From NCBI RefSeq assembly GCF_009834535.1, contig NC_045696.1, positions 34,288,001 through 34,352,000 on the forward strand: DNA of 64,000 nucleotides. The letters run 5' to 3'. Below the pieces are notes generated by a model that saw only the letters and a list, made by a program, of their open reading frames with translations, did not search any database and was not told the DNA's origin. Of the stretch, positions 11,365 through 25,339 are shown in pieces (the stretch's first letter is position 1; each line of letters starts with the position of its first letter). The translations under genes were made by a program, and so were the position numbers. Source of the DNA: Camelus ferus. Its lineage: Eukaryota.

Positions 11365-12875
11365 GGAGAGACACATGGTTTTGATGGAATTTCATGGTTT
11401 TGAAGGAAGGACCTTCACTTTTAATTTCAGATTCAGTTTTCTCTATTTGCCTTCTCAGAAGAAAAGCCCTATTTACTTTTCTATTTCCTCTATGTCTCTC
11501 TCTCTCTCACTTATGAAAAAGCAAATAGCAGAGAAAGTATGTAATAATGTGATGGTATTGACCTATAAAAATCCAATCATGGTGTTTTATTAAATCAAAA
11601 GTTTTCTTGACAGTTCTTCATCATCTCCTGCAAAGAGAGATTTCCAATATTATTTGATAAATTTAAATTGAATAGTCAGATCAAATTTCCCTGCACTTTG
11701 TGAGAAGACTTAAAGTTTTTAAAATTCCTCTTTTGAACTTAAAATTATTTTGCAAAAAGAAATATGAAAAATGCCTTATTTTGTTGTTTACATCATTGCA
11801 TATAGAAAAAGCACTCTTAGCCAGAAACCATCTATTTCACACTTTTATAAACTAATCAAGATGTCAGAGATTTAGCAAAAAACAAAAGTACATTTAGATG
11901 ATCTCTTTAAGAAAGTATTTAATGCAATCATAAAATAGACTGTGATGTTTGTGATGGATACTATTTAATCCACTAAATCTGGAAAGTCATCTGTAGGAAG
12001 GTAGGTGATATCAAGAAATACACTCATTCTTATTGATGTCAGTGTTCATAGAACAGAAATCATCCTTATCCTTCTTTCCCATGGGTTATTCTTTTTAGGT
12101 CTATATGTCAAATTCACAACCTGTGAATTTAACTATATTAACATTTTTTTTCCTTTCATTTTAAAAGTTGTATCAGGAAGAATTTACATTTATCTGTGAG
12201 TAACTGAACCCCAGCATGTGCTCTGTAGCTGGCAAAGGACTAAGAAAAACTACATGCCACATTTAAAGTCTAATAGATTAATTGGAAAAAGAAGTGTTAC
12301 TTTCTGTAGTTATTCCACAAAATGTTACCATTAACTTCTAAAGAAACATAGTACAAAAGTAATTTTAAAAATCTAGAATAATCAAGTATTCAATACTTTA
12401 GAAACTTATCTTTTACCGAAAAAATTACTCTTAATATATGTAAAACTGGAACTAATACATTTCAGTTACTTTGTATGCCTAAGAAATAAAGTATAATAGA
12501 AGGCAAAAATATTTATAAGAAAACATATATAAATTCTAGTTGCAAACTTCCAAGGAATCAATATTTAGTATGATTTGCTTCAATTCTATTCAGAAATGGA
12601 ATAAAGATATTAAATATTTTTGTGTTACTTATAAATTTGAAGTAGAATATAAGATCTAGTTTCATAGACCTATAATTTCAGAAAACTGTGGATAAAAATT
12701 CCAATAATAAGCCTCTCTTTAAGCCTGAAAACTTTTGAAAGAAGTGGTAGATTGGTTGGTTGGTTGGTTGACTGGTTTTTATAAGTAATGATAATTTTAG
12801 GACTTTTTTTTAACTACCCTAATTTCTTTCAGGATACACCTCACTTAGGAAAAATCACAAGTTGGGAACAGATTA

Positions 12876-13410
12876 TGTAGTTCAGGAGTCCTCATGGGTT
12901 CAATAATTTGCTTGAAAGACTCACAGAATTAAGAAAAATCATTATCCACATAGTTCTTGTTTGTTACAGTGAAAGAATTCAGATTAAAATCGGCAAAGGG
13001 AAGAGGGGCACTAGAGCAATGTCTAAGAGAGTTTCAGGCATGAGCTTTCCACTGTCCTCTCCCACTGGAGTCACATGGACAATGCTTATTTGTCCCAGCA
13101 GTGGTGTGCGGCAACACATACAGAGTGTTGTCGGCCAGAGACGGTCACCTGAGCACTGGTGTCCAGGGATTTTACTGGGGATTTATCATGTAGGCATCAC
13201 TGACTACCCACATGATTGTTCAGAGTCTCCAGCCCCTCCAGAGATCAAGCCGCCAGTGCATGGTCCAGAACCTTCCCAGTAATCACATTGTTAACACAGA
13301 TTATCTAGCACGGCCCAAGACCCCAAGTGAACAAGCACTCTTATCTGGTAAGATATTCCAAGGGTTTAGAGGTTACCTTCCAGCAACTGGAGACAATGGC
13401 AAAACTTAGT
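12876..13410 (-). mobile_element. Solo LTR, MER21-like
   Basis: ggttcaataatttgcttgaaagactcacagaa...ttacagtgaaagaattcagattaaaatcggcaaagggaagagg...cactggtgtccagggattttactggg. Confidence 0.75.
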
Positions 13411-13963
13411 GTTCAGGCTGTGGACCATGCGGACTTGCTGACTAAGAAAGGGAAATTTGAGTTAAATGACTGAAAAAGAAAATATTGATAAAAAATTTTT
13501 ATTATAAAAGACCAATTTCTAATATAACAAATAATTTCATAGAGAGCTCATTTATATCAGAAATGTAAACTAGCAAACTTCAGAGCATTTCATATTTGAA
13601 AACCTTTTGGGGACTTAGGAAAAAAATGACAAAACATTTTATTGTCTTACTTGCATCTTAGGGAAGTTGTCTGAATTATCTACTCAGATTTCCCAAATCA
13701 AAACAAATTCTTGAGTAAATGTTTAAGCAATTTCTCAAGTAAATTCTTGTAAAGTCTATACTGATCTAATTCACCAGGTTGTATAAGTAAATTAGTAAAT
13801 GGTCAAATATTAATACTAATGTAAATTACTTTAGCATGCCACATGGTAATAAAAAGACACCAATAAAATGAAGACAGACAAAAACAGAACAAACCATTTC
13901 TGCAAACAGAATAAACAGAAGACAGATTAAGAAGGAACACAGATTATCTTCTTTTCATAAATA

Positions 13964-14333
13964 CAGGTATCCCCTGAGTTTTGAAAGACCTATGTTAGTA
14001 TCTGTTTTTACTAACTAAAAGAAACTCAGAGAGGATTTTCACTTCTAAGAAAAAAAGGCAAAAAGGGAAAATAGCATTCAGTGTTTGTTTTGCAGGGAGC
14101 CTTATAGAGGCATGGTGCACGAAGATTCAAGAATGGCACCACCAAGCTCCTTCTCTGGGAACTACACTCAGCATCTCAGCACCAAGCCACCATAGCTTTG
14201 TGAGCATCTGTGCTTTATCTCGCCTCCATTAGCAAGATGTCTCCTAAGGTAATTACTTCTTTGCTTTAATGCTATTTTGGCTTACGAAAGCTTTCATGGG
14301 AATATGCTGCTTTCAGATAGCAAGAGAAACCTG
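13964..14333. mobile_element. Non-autonomous TcMar-Tigger DNA transposon (MITE)
   Basis: ta|caggtatcccc ... gagaaacctg|tg: degenerate CAG...CTG terminal inverted repeats with a TA-type target site. Confidence 0.75.
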
Positions 14334-14799
14334 TGATTATGGATACATCACTATATATACTAGAAATCAAATTAAAACAATCTAATCAGATGATTTCTTT
14401 TAAAGAGCCTTTAAGATACTGTAGGAGTGAAAATGGTCATTGTCCTATGTTTATTGCATTTAATGAATCCTCAATTTGCTTTTCTCAAGACTGTTTTTTA
14501 TTTCTTAGAATAACCTTGAAATTTTTAATTCTGAAAGGGAAATCAGTGATATCTTCAGGAACTCGCTTTGTGATAAAAATGCATTTGAGGTTAGATAAAT
14601 AACACAGTATCTCCTCTCCTATCAACAAAGGGTGTATTTCTTAATTTCTTCTCCATAGCCCTGTCTCAAAGTTACAAGTACTTAGATCTGTGAATTTTTT
14701 ACTGCATATTCTCAACTCTAATCAAAAAATTAAAGTTTTGGTTATTTGTTATTATAAAAAATTTGGAATGTATCTTTAAGCAAAAATCTTTACCCTGAA

Positions 14800-15236
14800 A
14801 AGATTACTTAGCCCAGAAATTTCCCCAGCCATTGATCAGTTATTTATTAAAAAACAATAGCAAAATAGTTTGAAGACTGTTTCTGATAGTTATTTGTTAA
14901 CATGGGTACAAAACAATTAGTCTTGTTGTAGGATCAGAAATAATTGTCAGAACACATCTTAAATCTTTAACTATTTAATCAGTCAGCAGCAGGCATACTC
15001 CAGTAAACCTGAACCTGAGAGCAGCCAATTAACAGCATTCTCTTCTGAGTTACCTCACTTCTAAAGCTTACCAATTCCTGAATACCATGCTTCCCCCAAA
15101 ACACTATATAAGATCACTACCTTGCTCTGCTGAGAAGTCTGTACCAGTACTCCTATAGTATTCCTTACTTAAGGAAGCAATAAATTTAGCTCTGTGTTTT
15201 TGTTTTGGTTGCTGAGTGGTGGTCTTACCCTTTGAT
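14800..15236 (+). mobile_element. Probable ERV solo LTR
   Basis: Ordered CCAAT (15025), TATA box tatataag (~15105), AATAAA (~15179), and U5-like ttgctgagtggtggtctt...tttga. Confidence 0.5.
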
Positions 15237-16520
15237 ATTCTTATGTTTTGGCAACAATACTAGCTTATAAACATCATTCTTGACCCTGGTCTCTTTTCTC
15301 ACAATTTTCTTTAAGTGCAGTCTTTATTTCTACATTATCTTATTATCCCTTGACTATATATTTTCCTTTTGTTTCTTGAAGAATTTATAATGACCATCTC
15401 TTATTCACATAGTCGTTAAAACTTCCCTTTATATTTTGGCCTTTCATATCTCCATATGGGCTAATTTCCATATGCACAACTTGACAGATCAACCAATTTG
15501 AATAAGAGCTTTCAGTTAAAACTGTAAAAGTATTTTGCTTTTATGGAGTTTCTTTATTACCATTCATGTCAAAGTTCATTTGCACTTGCACAACCACTGC
15601 CAAGCAGAGAAGAACAATATTTTGTTCTTCACATCCCAGAACAATATTTTTGACTAAATTTTTATTGAAAATTTTTCCAACTGAATTGAATATAGTAACT
15701 CAATTGAACTTAGTAAATGATTAATAAAAATATTTTATGTTTGCCAAAATTTGCAAGACTTGATCTTGGAAATGAGGAGGGAAAAACCAGATTTGATAGT
15801 CAACCTATTGCTGCTTAATTTCATACTCTGAAATTACTCTTTTAACTATTTCTCTAAAAATAAAGTCTTGAGAAGTATGAAAATATTCTCTTTGGTACAG
15901 TTAATATTAAACTATTAAAGAAACAAAATGGCAAAATAAAAAGATCAATTTATTCATCTATGTATCAGGAAAAATACAGTACTGCCCTTAGAATTAAACA
16001 ACAGAGATCCTTGGCTTGGGTCTTTTAGCTTTTAAGAGTCCCATGTATCATACACATCATTTATCAAAGAAAACATGGATTCTGCTTCACAGAATTTAAC
16101 ATCAATGCTGAAAGGACCTGTAACACTGAACACCAATTCTCACAACTAACAACTCTTCAGGCTCCAGGAAATAGCTTCTAACTATTTCTTGCCCCATGTC
16201 CTCCAGAAGAAAAGAGGATTACATCCAAATGCCAGGAAGGTTTGTAGATTATATGACTGACTTGTCTCACCAGACACAGAAACTGAGAATGAGAATAGGA
16301 TGTGAGTGGCAGAAGTATTAAGTAGGAAAAAAAAAAAAGACAATATAAATACTAGTCAGCTCCTTCCTGTCAGCATGAATGCAAAAATTCTTATAAAGCA
16401 AAGAACTTCCCATTAGTACATAAAACCTTAAAAGTTGCAGAAGGTAGTTGCGATGAATTTACTATATTAAGCAATCTTTATTACGCATAAATTTGTATGT
16501 ATGTGGGTCTAGACTTAACA

Positions 16521-16656
16521 TTTTTTTTTAAACTTTTTAGGGGGAGGTAATTAGGTTTGTTTGTTTATTTATTTATTTTAATGGAGGTAGTGGGGATTGA
16601 ACCCAGGACTTCATGCATACTAAGCACGCACTTTACCGCTGCACTATACCCTCCCC
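16521..16656 (-). mobile_element. Camelid tRNA-derived SINE (Vic-1 type)
   Basis: Reverse complement reads ggggagggtatagtgcagcggtaaagtgcgtgcttagtatgcatgaagtcctgggttcaatcccc, then (TAAA)n, cctaattacctcccc and an A tail. Confidence 0.9.
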
Positions 16657-17279
16657 TTCTTAACGTAATTTTGATACTTCACTTTAGTATGAAGTGTGAA
16701 TTGAATGCTACAGTTGCAAAAAGCTTTATTTTATAAAAACATTTAATAAGATTTAATTTATCAATATTCAAAACACTAAATTAAAAACTTCAACTTTATT
16801 GAAATACTTTTGAGCTCAATTTTTAGTTATGTATAAATGACATTTTGCATTTTAATTTCAAGAAAAAACTTTCTGAAAACAAATGTGAAAATAATTTTAT
16901 CTTTTATTTTTACTTTAATAAATTTTGATGAAAATATACTTAATTTCTTACACTTTTGGAAGCAATTACATCTTATTAGATGATTAAACATGAGTTCAAG
17001 TTGGAGTCATAACAAGATACCCAAAAATGGAGCTCAAAAAAAATGAAGAAATAGGGAAAATCTTTAGAGAAGTAGTTTGTTTATATTTTCAAAAGCTAAA
17101 AAATTAAAGAGACTAACTTTTATTTAAGTGTAACCAACCTAAATTGAGCATACAAGACACTACAAATGATTAATTTAATGAAGATTTAATTTCTTTAGAA
17201 AATGAGAAGGAAAGTATCTCATCAAATAGAAAACTTGAATGGGTCAGATGAAAACCCTGTAATTTTGTTTAATTATTCT

Positions 17280-17351
17280 TTTTTTTAAACATTTTTATTG
17301 ATTTATAATCATTTTACAATGTTGTGTCAAATTCCAGTGTTCAGCACAATT
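17280..17351 (-). mobile_element. Extremely 5'-truncated young L1 insertion (~70 bp) with TSD aattattct
   Basis: Nearly identical to the terminal bases of the L1 at 49004-49068. The TSD is at 17271-17279 and 17348-17356. Confidence 0.9.
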
Positions 17352-17977
17352 ATTCTGGATTAAAATAACATGAAGCATATAACTTGTGTACAAAAAAAGA
17401 ACATGTATAATTATTAGAACTGAAGGAAGACTGAATAAATAGCAACTCATAGTATGCAACAATTATAAGAAAATGTCAACAAAGAATATTGGCTTGAAGG
17501 TTTGAAGTTATTTAAAGCATGAAACTATATATCCATTATTTGTCAAGAGTGACAGTGATTTTATATATGATATTTACAGAAAACAGTAGAAAATTTCTAG
17601 ATATAGTAGAAATGATTTCAAAATGTGATGCTAGGAGGACTAACATGTAAACATGGATATAAATAATTTAAAAAATCACTATCTAGAATGAAAATCTCTA
17701 AATAAGATTAATTTATTGTGTTTTTAAAAAGAAAAAGAAACCAAAATAAAATATAAATAATTCTGTACTAATTGATTCAACTAGAGAGTACTTGGAACAA
17801 GAGTCATGTAGAACAAGAAACACTTATACACAATGTTGAACCACTCAGAGAAGAAAATGGGAGATGCGAAATTAATAAATGTTTTAACGATTTTACACTA
17901 ATTTTAAAAGCACAAGTTTTGACTCAAGTGGTGAGCTGAAGAAACAAAATTCAATATTAGGCCTTAATTTAAAAGTG

Positions 17978-20900
17978 AAAAGAGGGGTCCAAGATAGTGG
18001 TATAAGAAAACTTGGAACTCACCTCCTCCCATGGATACATAGATCTACACGTACATATCCAGCAGTTCCTTCTGAGGAAGAGCTGAGGGCTGATTTAACA
18101 GCTTCTGCACAGCAAACAATGGAAGGACCACAGAGGGATGGGTGGAGAGAGGGAGATCCAGTGTCTGTTAATATTTAATAGAAAAGATCAATGAAACTAA
18201 GATCTGGTTCTTTGAAAAGATGAACAAAATAGATAAACCTTTAGCCAGATTCATCAAGGAAAAAAGATAGAGCCCAAATAAATACAATCAGAAATGAAAG
18301 AGAAGCTACAACCAATACCACAGAAATACAAAGGATAATAAGAGACTACTATAAACAATTACATGCCAATAAATTGGACAACCTAAAAAAGTGGGTAATT
18401 CTCAGAAACATACAATTTTCGAAGACTGATTCAGGAATAAATAGAAAATCTGAACAGACTGATTACTAGTAATGAATCAGTAATTAAAAATCTCCTAACA
18501 AACAAGGTCCTGATGGCTTCACTGAAGAATTCTACCAAACATTTAAAGGAGATTTAATACATATCCTTCTTAAATTATATCCAAATGTTTAAGATGCAGG
18601 AACACTTCCAAATTCATTCTACAAGGCCAACATTACCCTGATACCAAACCAGACAAAGATACTATTTTAAAAAGAAAGATAATTACAAGCCAATATCCCT
18701 GATGAACATAGATGTAAAAATCCTCAGCAAAATAGTGGTAAACCAAATTCAACAATACATTAAAAGGGTCATGCATCATGATCAAGTGTGATTTATTCCA
18801 GGGATGCAAGGATGTTTTGATATCTAGAAATGAATCAATGTGAGATATCATATTAACAAACTGCAGAATAAAAATCACATCATCATCTCAATAGATGCAG
18901 AAAAAGAATTTGAGAAAATTCAACATCCATTTATGATTTAAAAAGAACTCTCAATAAAGTGGGTATAAAGGGAAAACACTTCAATATAATAAAGGCCATA
19001 TATGATAAACCCATAGCTAACATATACTCAATGGTGAAAAACTGAAAACTTTTCCTCTAAGATCAGGAACAAAAAATGGAAGCCCACTCCTGCCACTTTT
19101 GTTCAACACAGTATTGGAAGTTCTAGCCATAGCAATCAGATAAGAAAAAGAGATAAAAGAAAGTCATCCAAATAGGGAAAAAAAGAAGTAAAAGTGTCAC
19201 TATTTGCAAGTGACATGATATTATAGGTACAAAACTCTAAATACTCTACCAAAAATACTATTAGAACTAATAAGTGAATTCAGCAAAGTTGCAAGATACA
19301 AGATTAATATACAGAAATCTGTTGCTTTTCTATACATTAAAAACAAGCTATCAGGAAGAGAAATTAGAAAACAGTCCCATTTGTAATTGCATCAAACAGA
19401 ATAAAATACTTAGGAATAAATTTAACCAATGAGGTGAAAGACCTGTATTCTGAAAACTATAAGATATTGATGAAAGGAATTGAAAAAGACACAAATAAAT
19501 AGAAAGATACACTATGTTCAAGGATTGGAAGAATTAACATTGTTAAAATGTCCATACTACTCAAAGCAATCCACAGATTCAATGCAATGCAATCTTTATC
19601 AAAATACCCATGGCATTTTTCACAGAACTAGATCCTAAAATTTGTATGGAACCACAAATGGCCTTAAATAGCCAAAACAATCCTGAGGAAGAAGAACAAA
19701 GTTGGAAGTATCATGCTTCCTGATTTCAAATTATACTACAAATCTATGGTAATCAAAAAGTGTGGTACTGGCACAAAAACAGATACAGATCAGTGGAACA
19801 GAACAGAAAGCCCAGAAATAAACCTATGCTAATACAATTAGTCTACAATAAAGAAGGCAAGACTATACAGTGGAGAAAAAACAGTCTTTTCAAAAAATGG
19901 TATTGGGAAAAGTGAACAGCTACATGCAAAATAATGAAACTTTCTTACGTCATATACAAAAATTAACTCAAGATGGATAAAACACTTAAATGTAACATCT
20001 GAAACCGTAAAACTGCTAGAAGAAAAACAGGCACTATTCTCTTTGGCATTTGTTTTAGCTGTATTTTTTTGGATCTGTTTCCTCAGGCAAGGGCAAAAAT
20101 AAACATATGGAACTATACCAAACTAAAAAACTGTTGCACAGTGAAAGAAACCATCGACAAAACGAAGAGGCAACTTACTGAATGGGAAAAAATACTGGCA
20201 AATGATATGTCTGATAAGGGGTTAGTATTCAAAATATATAAAGGACTCACATAACTCAGCATCAAAAAAGCAAACAATCTGATTCAAAAACAAACAGAGG
20301 ACCTGAATAGGCACTTTTTCAAAGACATATAGCTGGCCAATAGTCACATGAAAAGATGCTCAACATCACTAATCATCAGGGAAATGCAAATCAAAACCAC
20401 AATGAGATATCACCACAAACCTGTCAGAATAACTATTGTCAAAAAAGACAATGAGTAAGTTTTATTGAGGATGTGGAAAAAAGGAAACCTTCGTGCATTG
20501 TTGGTGGAAATGTAAATTGGTACAACCACTGTGGAAAACAGGATGGAGATTCCTCAAAAACTTAAAATTAGAACAACCATATGACCCAGCAATTCCATTT
20601 CTGGATATCTATCTGAAAAAATATGAGAACACTAATTTGAAAAGATAGATGCACCTCTATGTTCATCGCAGCACTATTTATAACAGCTAAGATTTGGAAG
20701 CAGCCTAAGTGTCCATTGATAGATGAATAGGTAAAAAAAAAGAAGTGGCATATATATATTATTCATATATATGTTAATATCAGAATATATAAATAATGGA
20801 AGATTACTCAGCCATTAAAAAGAATGAAGTCTGGTCATTTGTGACAACCTGAGTTGACCTAGAAGGTATTACACTACGTGAAATAAGTCAAACAGAGAAA

Positions 20901-21281
20901 GACAAATACCATATGATTTTACTTATGTGTACAATTTTAAAACAAAACAAACAAACATAACAAAACATAAAGAGACTCATAAATACAGAGAACAACCTGG
21001 TGGTTGCCAGAGAGAAGGGGGTAGAGGTATGTGTAATATAGGGATGGCGACTAAAAGGTATACATTCCCAATTACAACTTAAATATGTCACAAGAATGTC
21101 ATGCATAGCATTACAGTATACATTACAGGGTATATAATCAATAATATTATAATACCTGTGTATGGTGACAGATGGTAACTAGACATTGTGATCATCTAGT
21201 AATGTATTAAAATATTGAATCACTATGTAGTACACCTAAAACTGATATAATATTGTAAGTCAGTTATACTTCAATTAAAAA
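17978..21281 (+). mobile_element. L1 with 5'UTR start joined directly to mid-ORF2, running to the 3' end (internally deleted, degraded)
   Basis: 5'UTR caagatagtgg...gaactcacctcctcccatgg, then ORF2 from atagaaaagatcaatgaaactaag through the RT motif (tttgcaagtgacatgata) to the tail cagttatacttcaattaaaaaaa. Near-TSD aattta(a)aagtg. Confidence 0.92.
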
Positions 21282-21899
21282 AATTTAAAGTGGACTTGCA
21301 ATATCATCTACAAATGTAAACTAGTAATAATATAATTCATACTTCAGGATGGGGAGAAAGAGGACGTAAACCTAGAACAGCTGTGGGAGTCAACAGGTTT
21401 AGGGGTGTAAGGGTGGCATTGAAGAATAGAGGTGGGAGATAAAGGGAAAGATTATATTCAGTTGAGTAGAACAGAGTCATAAGTTCATGTTCAAAATAAT
21501 GAAAGAAAAATTTGAAACATTTTTAAAATAAATTAGCTCATGAAATGCTTGAGACAGTTATTTTTTCTCCGTAGCTTCTTCCTCAACAGCTACTTCTAAT
21601 GATTTATTTTTTTCTACTCGGGAATGCAGAGAGCGGGAAGAAATAGTTCTCATGCTTAACAATAGAAAAATTGCTGGCTAACTTCACATTCATGAATTTT
21701 TTTAAATCTGTCATAGAACTGAAGTCACCTAGCAATCAACCGGCCCAAAATCTAAGGACACACACAGGCACACACGCAGACAGCGTGAGAGGCGTGAGTA
21801 CTCACTTACCTGGGGTAACTATCAGGTCTGTTACACCTCTGCCACCAGGGGTGGCCGATAAGCCCTGATAAAGTTCTGGGCCTTGGAACTAGGTTGCAG

Positions 21900-24130
21900 A
21901 TTCACAGCCATTAATTCCTTCAGCAGTTCAGATCAGCTATCTTTGGCACCCCATCACCAAAGATAGGCCCCAACATATTCCTGGACTCTTTCAGTATTGG
22001 GGCAGTTTATGCCCCACTTCAAATTCCTACTTGATCTCGTTGACTGACCTACAAATCAGCTCGTTTTGAGTTGCATCCTAATCAAAAGTCCCATTAGAAA
22101 TTTTCCAGCAAATTATAAGACGTTCTTTACCTTTGGGTCTGACAATCCTAATGACCTTCTTGAGCTACAAATTTCTATGACTGATAATTTTGCCTATCAA
22201 AATCCCCAGCAATGGGAGGTAGTCACGCCTCAGAAGTCCCTCTTAAGGCTTTGGAATCCCTGTTGCCCACACAGCTGCTCAATACAGCATTTCTGATAAA
22301 CAGCTATTAGCATACTGTTGGGCTTTATTTGAAACCAAACACCTTATCAGAAGGGCCCTGTGAGTCTCTGAAATAACATGCCTATTTTAGAGTCAATTCA
22401 GTGTCCACAACTAACAAGATAAAGCATGCTCAACAAGCCTCACTTGTCAAGTAGAAATGGCATATTCATTTGGCCCCAGCAACATCTTAGCTTACATGAG
22501 AGACTGGCAGCTGTATCTGCAAGGGACACTTCATTCCCCACTCCACTGCCTGAAGAAACGCTGCCTGCTCAGTGACTTCTCATGTCACTGAGATTCCCCA
22601 CAATGCCCAGCTCTGCTAAACTGAAACCTGATGGTGTGCACAGGGCTCTGCAGGCCCAGCCTTGGACCAGCTGGGCCAAACTGAAAAGGACTGTGTTTAT
22701 TCTATACTGTGGGCAGATCTCAAACTGTTCTCTAACTCAAATACTCCCCTTGATGAACTTTGTTATATTTTCACTGACTTTTGAGCTGTTGCAAAAGGCA
22801 CAGAGGTGTGGTCAGCCACATGGTAAACTATGGACGGTCAGATTAAATGCACCTTTATTTGGGGCCATGAAGTGTGGAAATGAGGCTGTGAACCAAGCTA
22901 TCTGGCCCACTTCTACAGGTGGCCATGATGAGGATTCATTCTCTGATGAGGCCAGCTGGAATCATACTGCTGACTGAGCCCACACTGCCCAGATTATCAC
23001 AATCACTGCATAGATTCATTACTGTATATGGGATATGGCAATCCATCCACCGTCATATCCTGGGCACAAGGGAAAGCATTCTGTTTCTGATGAAGGGGCT
23101 ACCACCACATGCCAGATTCTTGCCAAAAGTAAACCTGTTGTCTTGAGGCAGGAGGGATCAGATTGCTTCGGGCTTGGCCTCCACCCAGTACTTTCAGGTT
23201 GATTGCGTTAGCTCCCTAATCCCCTTATTGAGGCCACTAATGGTGCCTCACTGCTGTCAGCACAGTTCAGGCTATGGAATTTCTGTCCCAGTCCAGACAA
23301 AGGCCTCCAGTCACACCATTGTGACCCTTAAAATTAACCTCTATTGTGTGTCTGACTTTCTGGACCATTTGCAGTCTGACAGTGGTGCTCCTTGCATCAC
23401 AAAACTCACTGGACAGTGTGCACAATGCCCTGATAGGTATCCGGTGGATTTTCCACACTGCCTACCATCTCCAGGCATCCAGTATTCTTGAGCATTGGAA
23501 AGGCCTCCTGAAAACCAGCTCAAAAAGATTTCTGAGTCTACTTCCCTCATTTCCTTCTAGTCCACATACTTAAGGTAGTTTGGTCATTAAAGGAGCATCT
23601 AATGGTCAGGATGGAAGTGGTTGGGGGGATATGTAGACCTGTTTTGAAAGTTTGAGATTCCAACCTGACCAGTCCTGAGCATTATGTTTTCTTCTTTCCC
23701 TTAACAGCAACCTCAGGCTGGATGCGTTAGTACATTCTCTAAGTGGCAGCTGAACCGAAAGTGGACTCAGAGGATTCAAATGAATTCTGTCTGGCCCAGA
23801 CACCTGGATTTTCTCATTGAATGTACATAGTTTTTTAACTTAATAACAAGGACTCTTTGGTTGAGTGCACTATGCAACAAACCCCTTACAGTAACCCACA
23901 TGACTCCAATAGGGGATATGCTGGGTTTCTGAAGCTTTTATAAGAATGTCCTATCCTTCTCACACCAGATCCTTCTGGATGAAAGGTTTAGATGACAATA
24001 GACAATGGCTGAAAAACAGTGACATTATCACTACTGTAATAGGACCTACATATTTTACAGCCATGGAGAGAGCATGACAACCGTGGCACCTTTAGGAGGG
24101 AACATCTTAAACCCAGGAGATGTGAGAGAG
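21900..24130 (+). mobile_element. Degraded class III (ERVL-like) retroviral pol: RT connection/RNase H and integrase
   Basis: Fragments translate to the RNaseH-linker KQLLAYCWALFET and the integrase QVD...SGYG...LQSDSG and IRWIFHTAYHLQASSILEHWKGLLKT (ORFs 23174..23491 and 23346..23573). Confidence 0.85.
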
Positions 24131-24534
24131 GGAGGGAGCTTAGTGATCTTTTACATTTCAAAATTGCCCTGGATAGCTTCTCTGTGGATTTTAACTGACT
24201 GCGGGGTTTCCTATCCCTACCAGAGGGCTTTGACAGTGCTTTGATCACCATTCCCCGAAACCATCCAGGAAGTCAATTCAAAATAGCAGGGAAAGACCCC
24301 ATATCCCACATCTCCCTCATAAAACACGTGTCAATACTTCTAGATGTCTTTTTCACCCTTATTCTTATAGCTGTTGCTCTAATGCTCCATAGGACAGACA
24401 AATATCCCCCAGCGGGTGGCATGCAAGAACCAAACAGATCAGCCAAATTGCCTGTAGGCAGTCTCTCCAAAAGCAAGGATTAGGCTCAACTCTTCAGAAT
24501 GAACTGGGAACTACACCAGATGGCTGGGAGATGG

Positions 24535-24845
24535 TGTAGGAGACACTGTTGACTTGTGTCTCCTGATGAATGTGGGTCCCACTTGGGGGATTCTTACAAT
24601 TGTAAACAATTTCTTTCCAAGATTACTTTACCCTATCCCCGTGATGCTTCTTATGCAGAAGCCATCATTAACTTTCCTCTTTCCTTCAAGCTTTAAGGGA
24701 ACACAATCTGTAAGGGATGTAGCCCTAAGACAATGGCTGTGGAGATCTCTTCAAAATGGCTACCATCAGTACCTTGGGGGAGCTTCCCAGAGGGGTATCT
24801 GCTCATGATTCATGAGTACTAAGTGGGCAGTTTTACCTCCAATGA
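24535..24845 (+). mobile_element. Probable 3' LTR of the ERVL-like provirus
   Basis: Purine-rich ggctgggagatgg (PPT-like) is followed immediately by TG (tgtaggag) downstream of pol. The 3' boundary is approximate. Confidence 0.5.
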
Positions 24846-24994
24846 GAGTCATTCCTTTAGAAAAGATGATAGAGATTTATAAGATTAACTTGCTGCATGT
24901 GGAGTTGTTCATACCTCCTCATAACCAGACAGCAAGCTCTAATACCAGTCACCACTGAGTGGGTTCTTTCATGAATATAAGCTTGGCAATCAGC

Positions 24995-25130
24995 TAGTCT
25001 CTCTGAAAGACATGAGTTCATATTCCAGATGTGCCACTTAAGAATGGAATGACCTTGAGAAAATCAGTCCACTTCAATCTTTTGGATTGTTTTTTTATCT
25101 CTGAAAATGTGGATAATATTACCAAAATTG
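24995..25130 (+). mobile_element. MIR fragment
   Basis: agacatgagttcatattccagatgtgccacttaagaatggaatgaccttgagaaaatca...tctctgaaaatgtggataata. Confidence 0.7.
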
Positions 25131-25339
25131 GCAATATACATAAATTTTTATGGCACATTTACTGGCTCAAATAAATGAAGGTTCCTTTCTTTTCTTTGCT
25201 TCATTTAAAATCTTCAATGGTACAATTGAATTTTTTTCATTATTTTTCTTTAGTCATTTATTATTTGAGACTTTAAGCTACTGATTTTCTTAAAGGGAAA
25301 AAAATCTTGCCTATATTATGTAATGTGCTGAAAATAAAT

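Noticed and set aside
11563..12120. Further - strand acceptors at 11627 and 12120
   Set aside because: Donors are weak or absent and the frames are closed, so they are too uncertain to list as exons.
16590..16656. tRNA-like A and B boxes (also at 25798 and 46349)
   Set aside because: These are SINE heads with tails and TSDs, not tRNA genes.
21841..21855. gccaccaggggtggc as a CTCF site or hairpin
   Set aside because: It departs from the CTCF core at the GGC positions, and a 6-bp stem is expected by chance.
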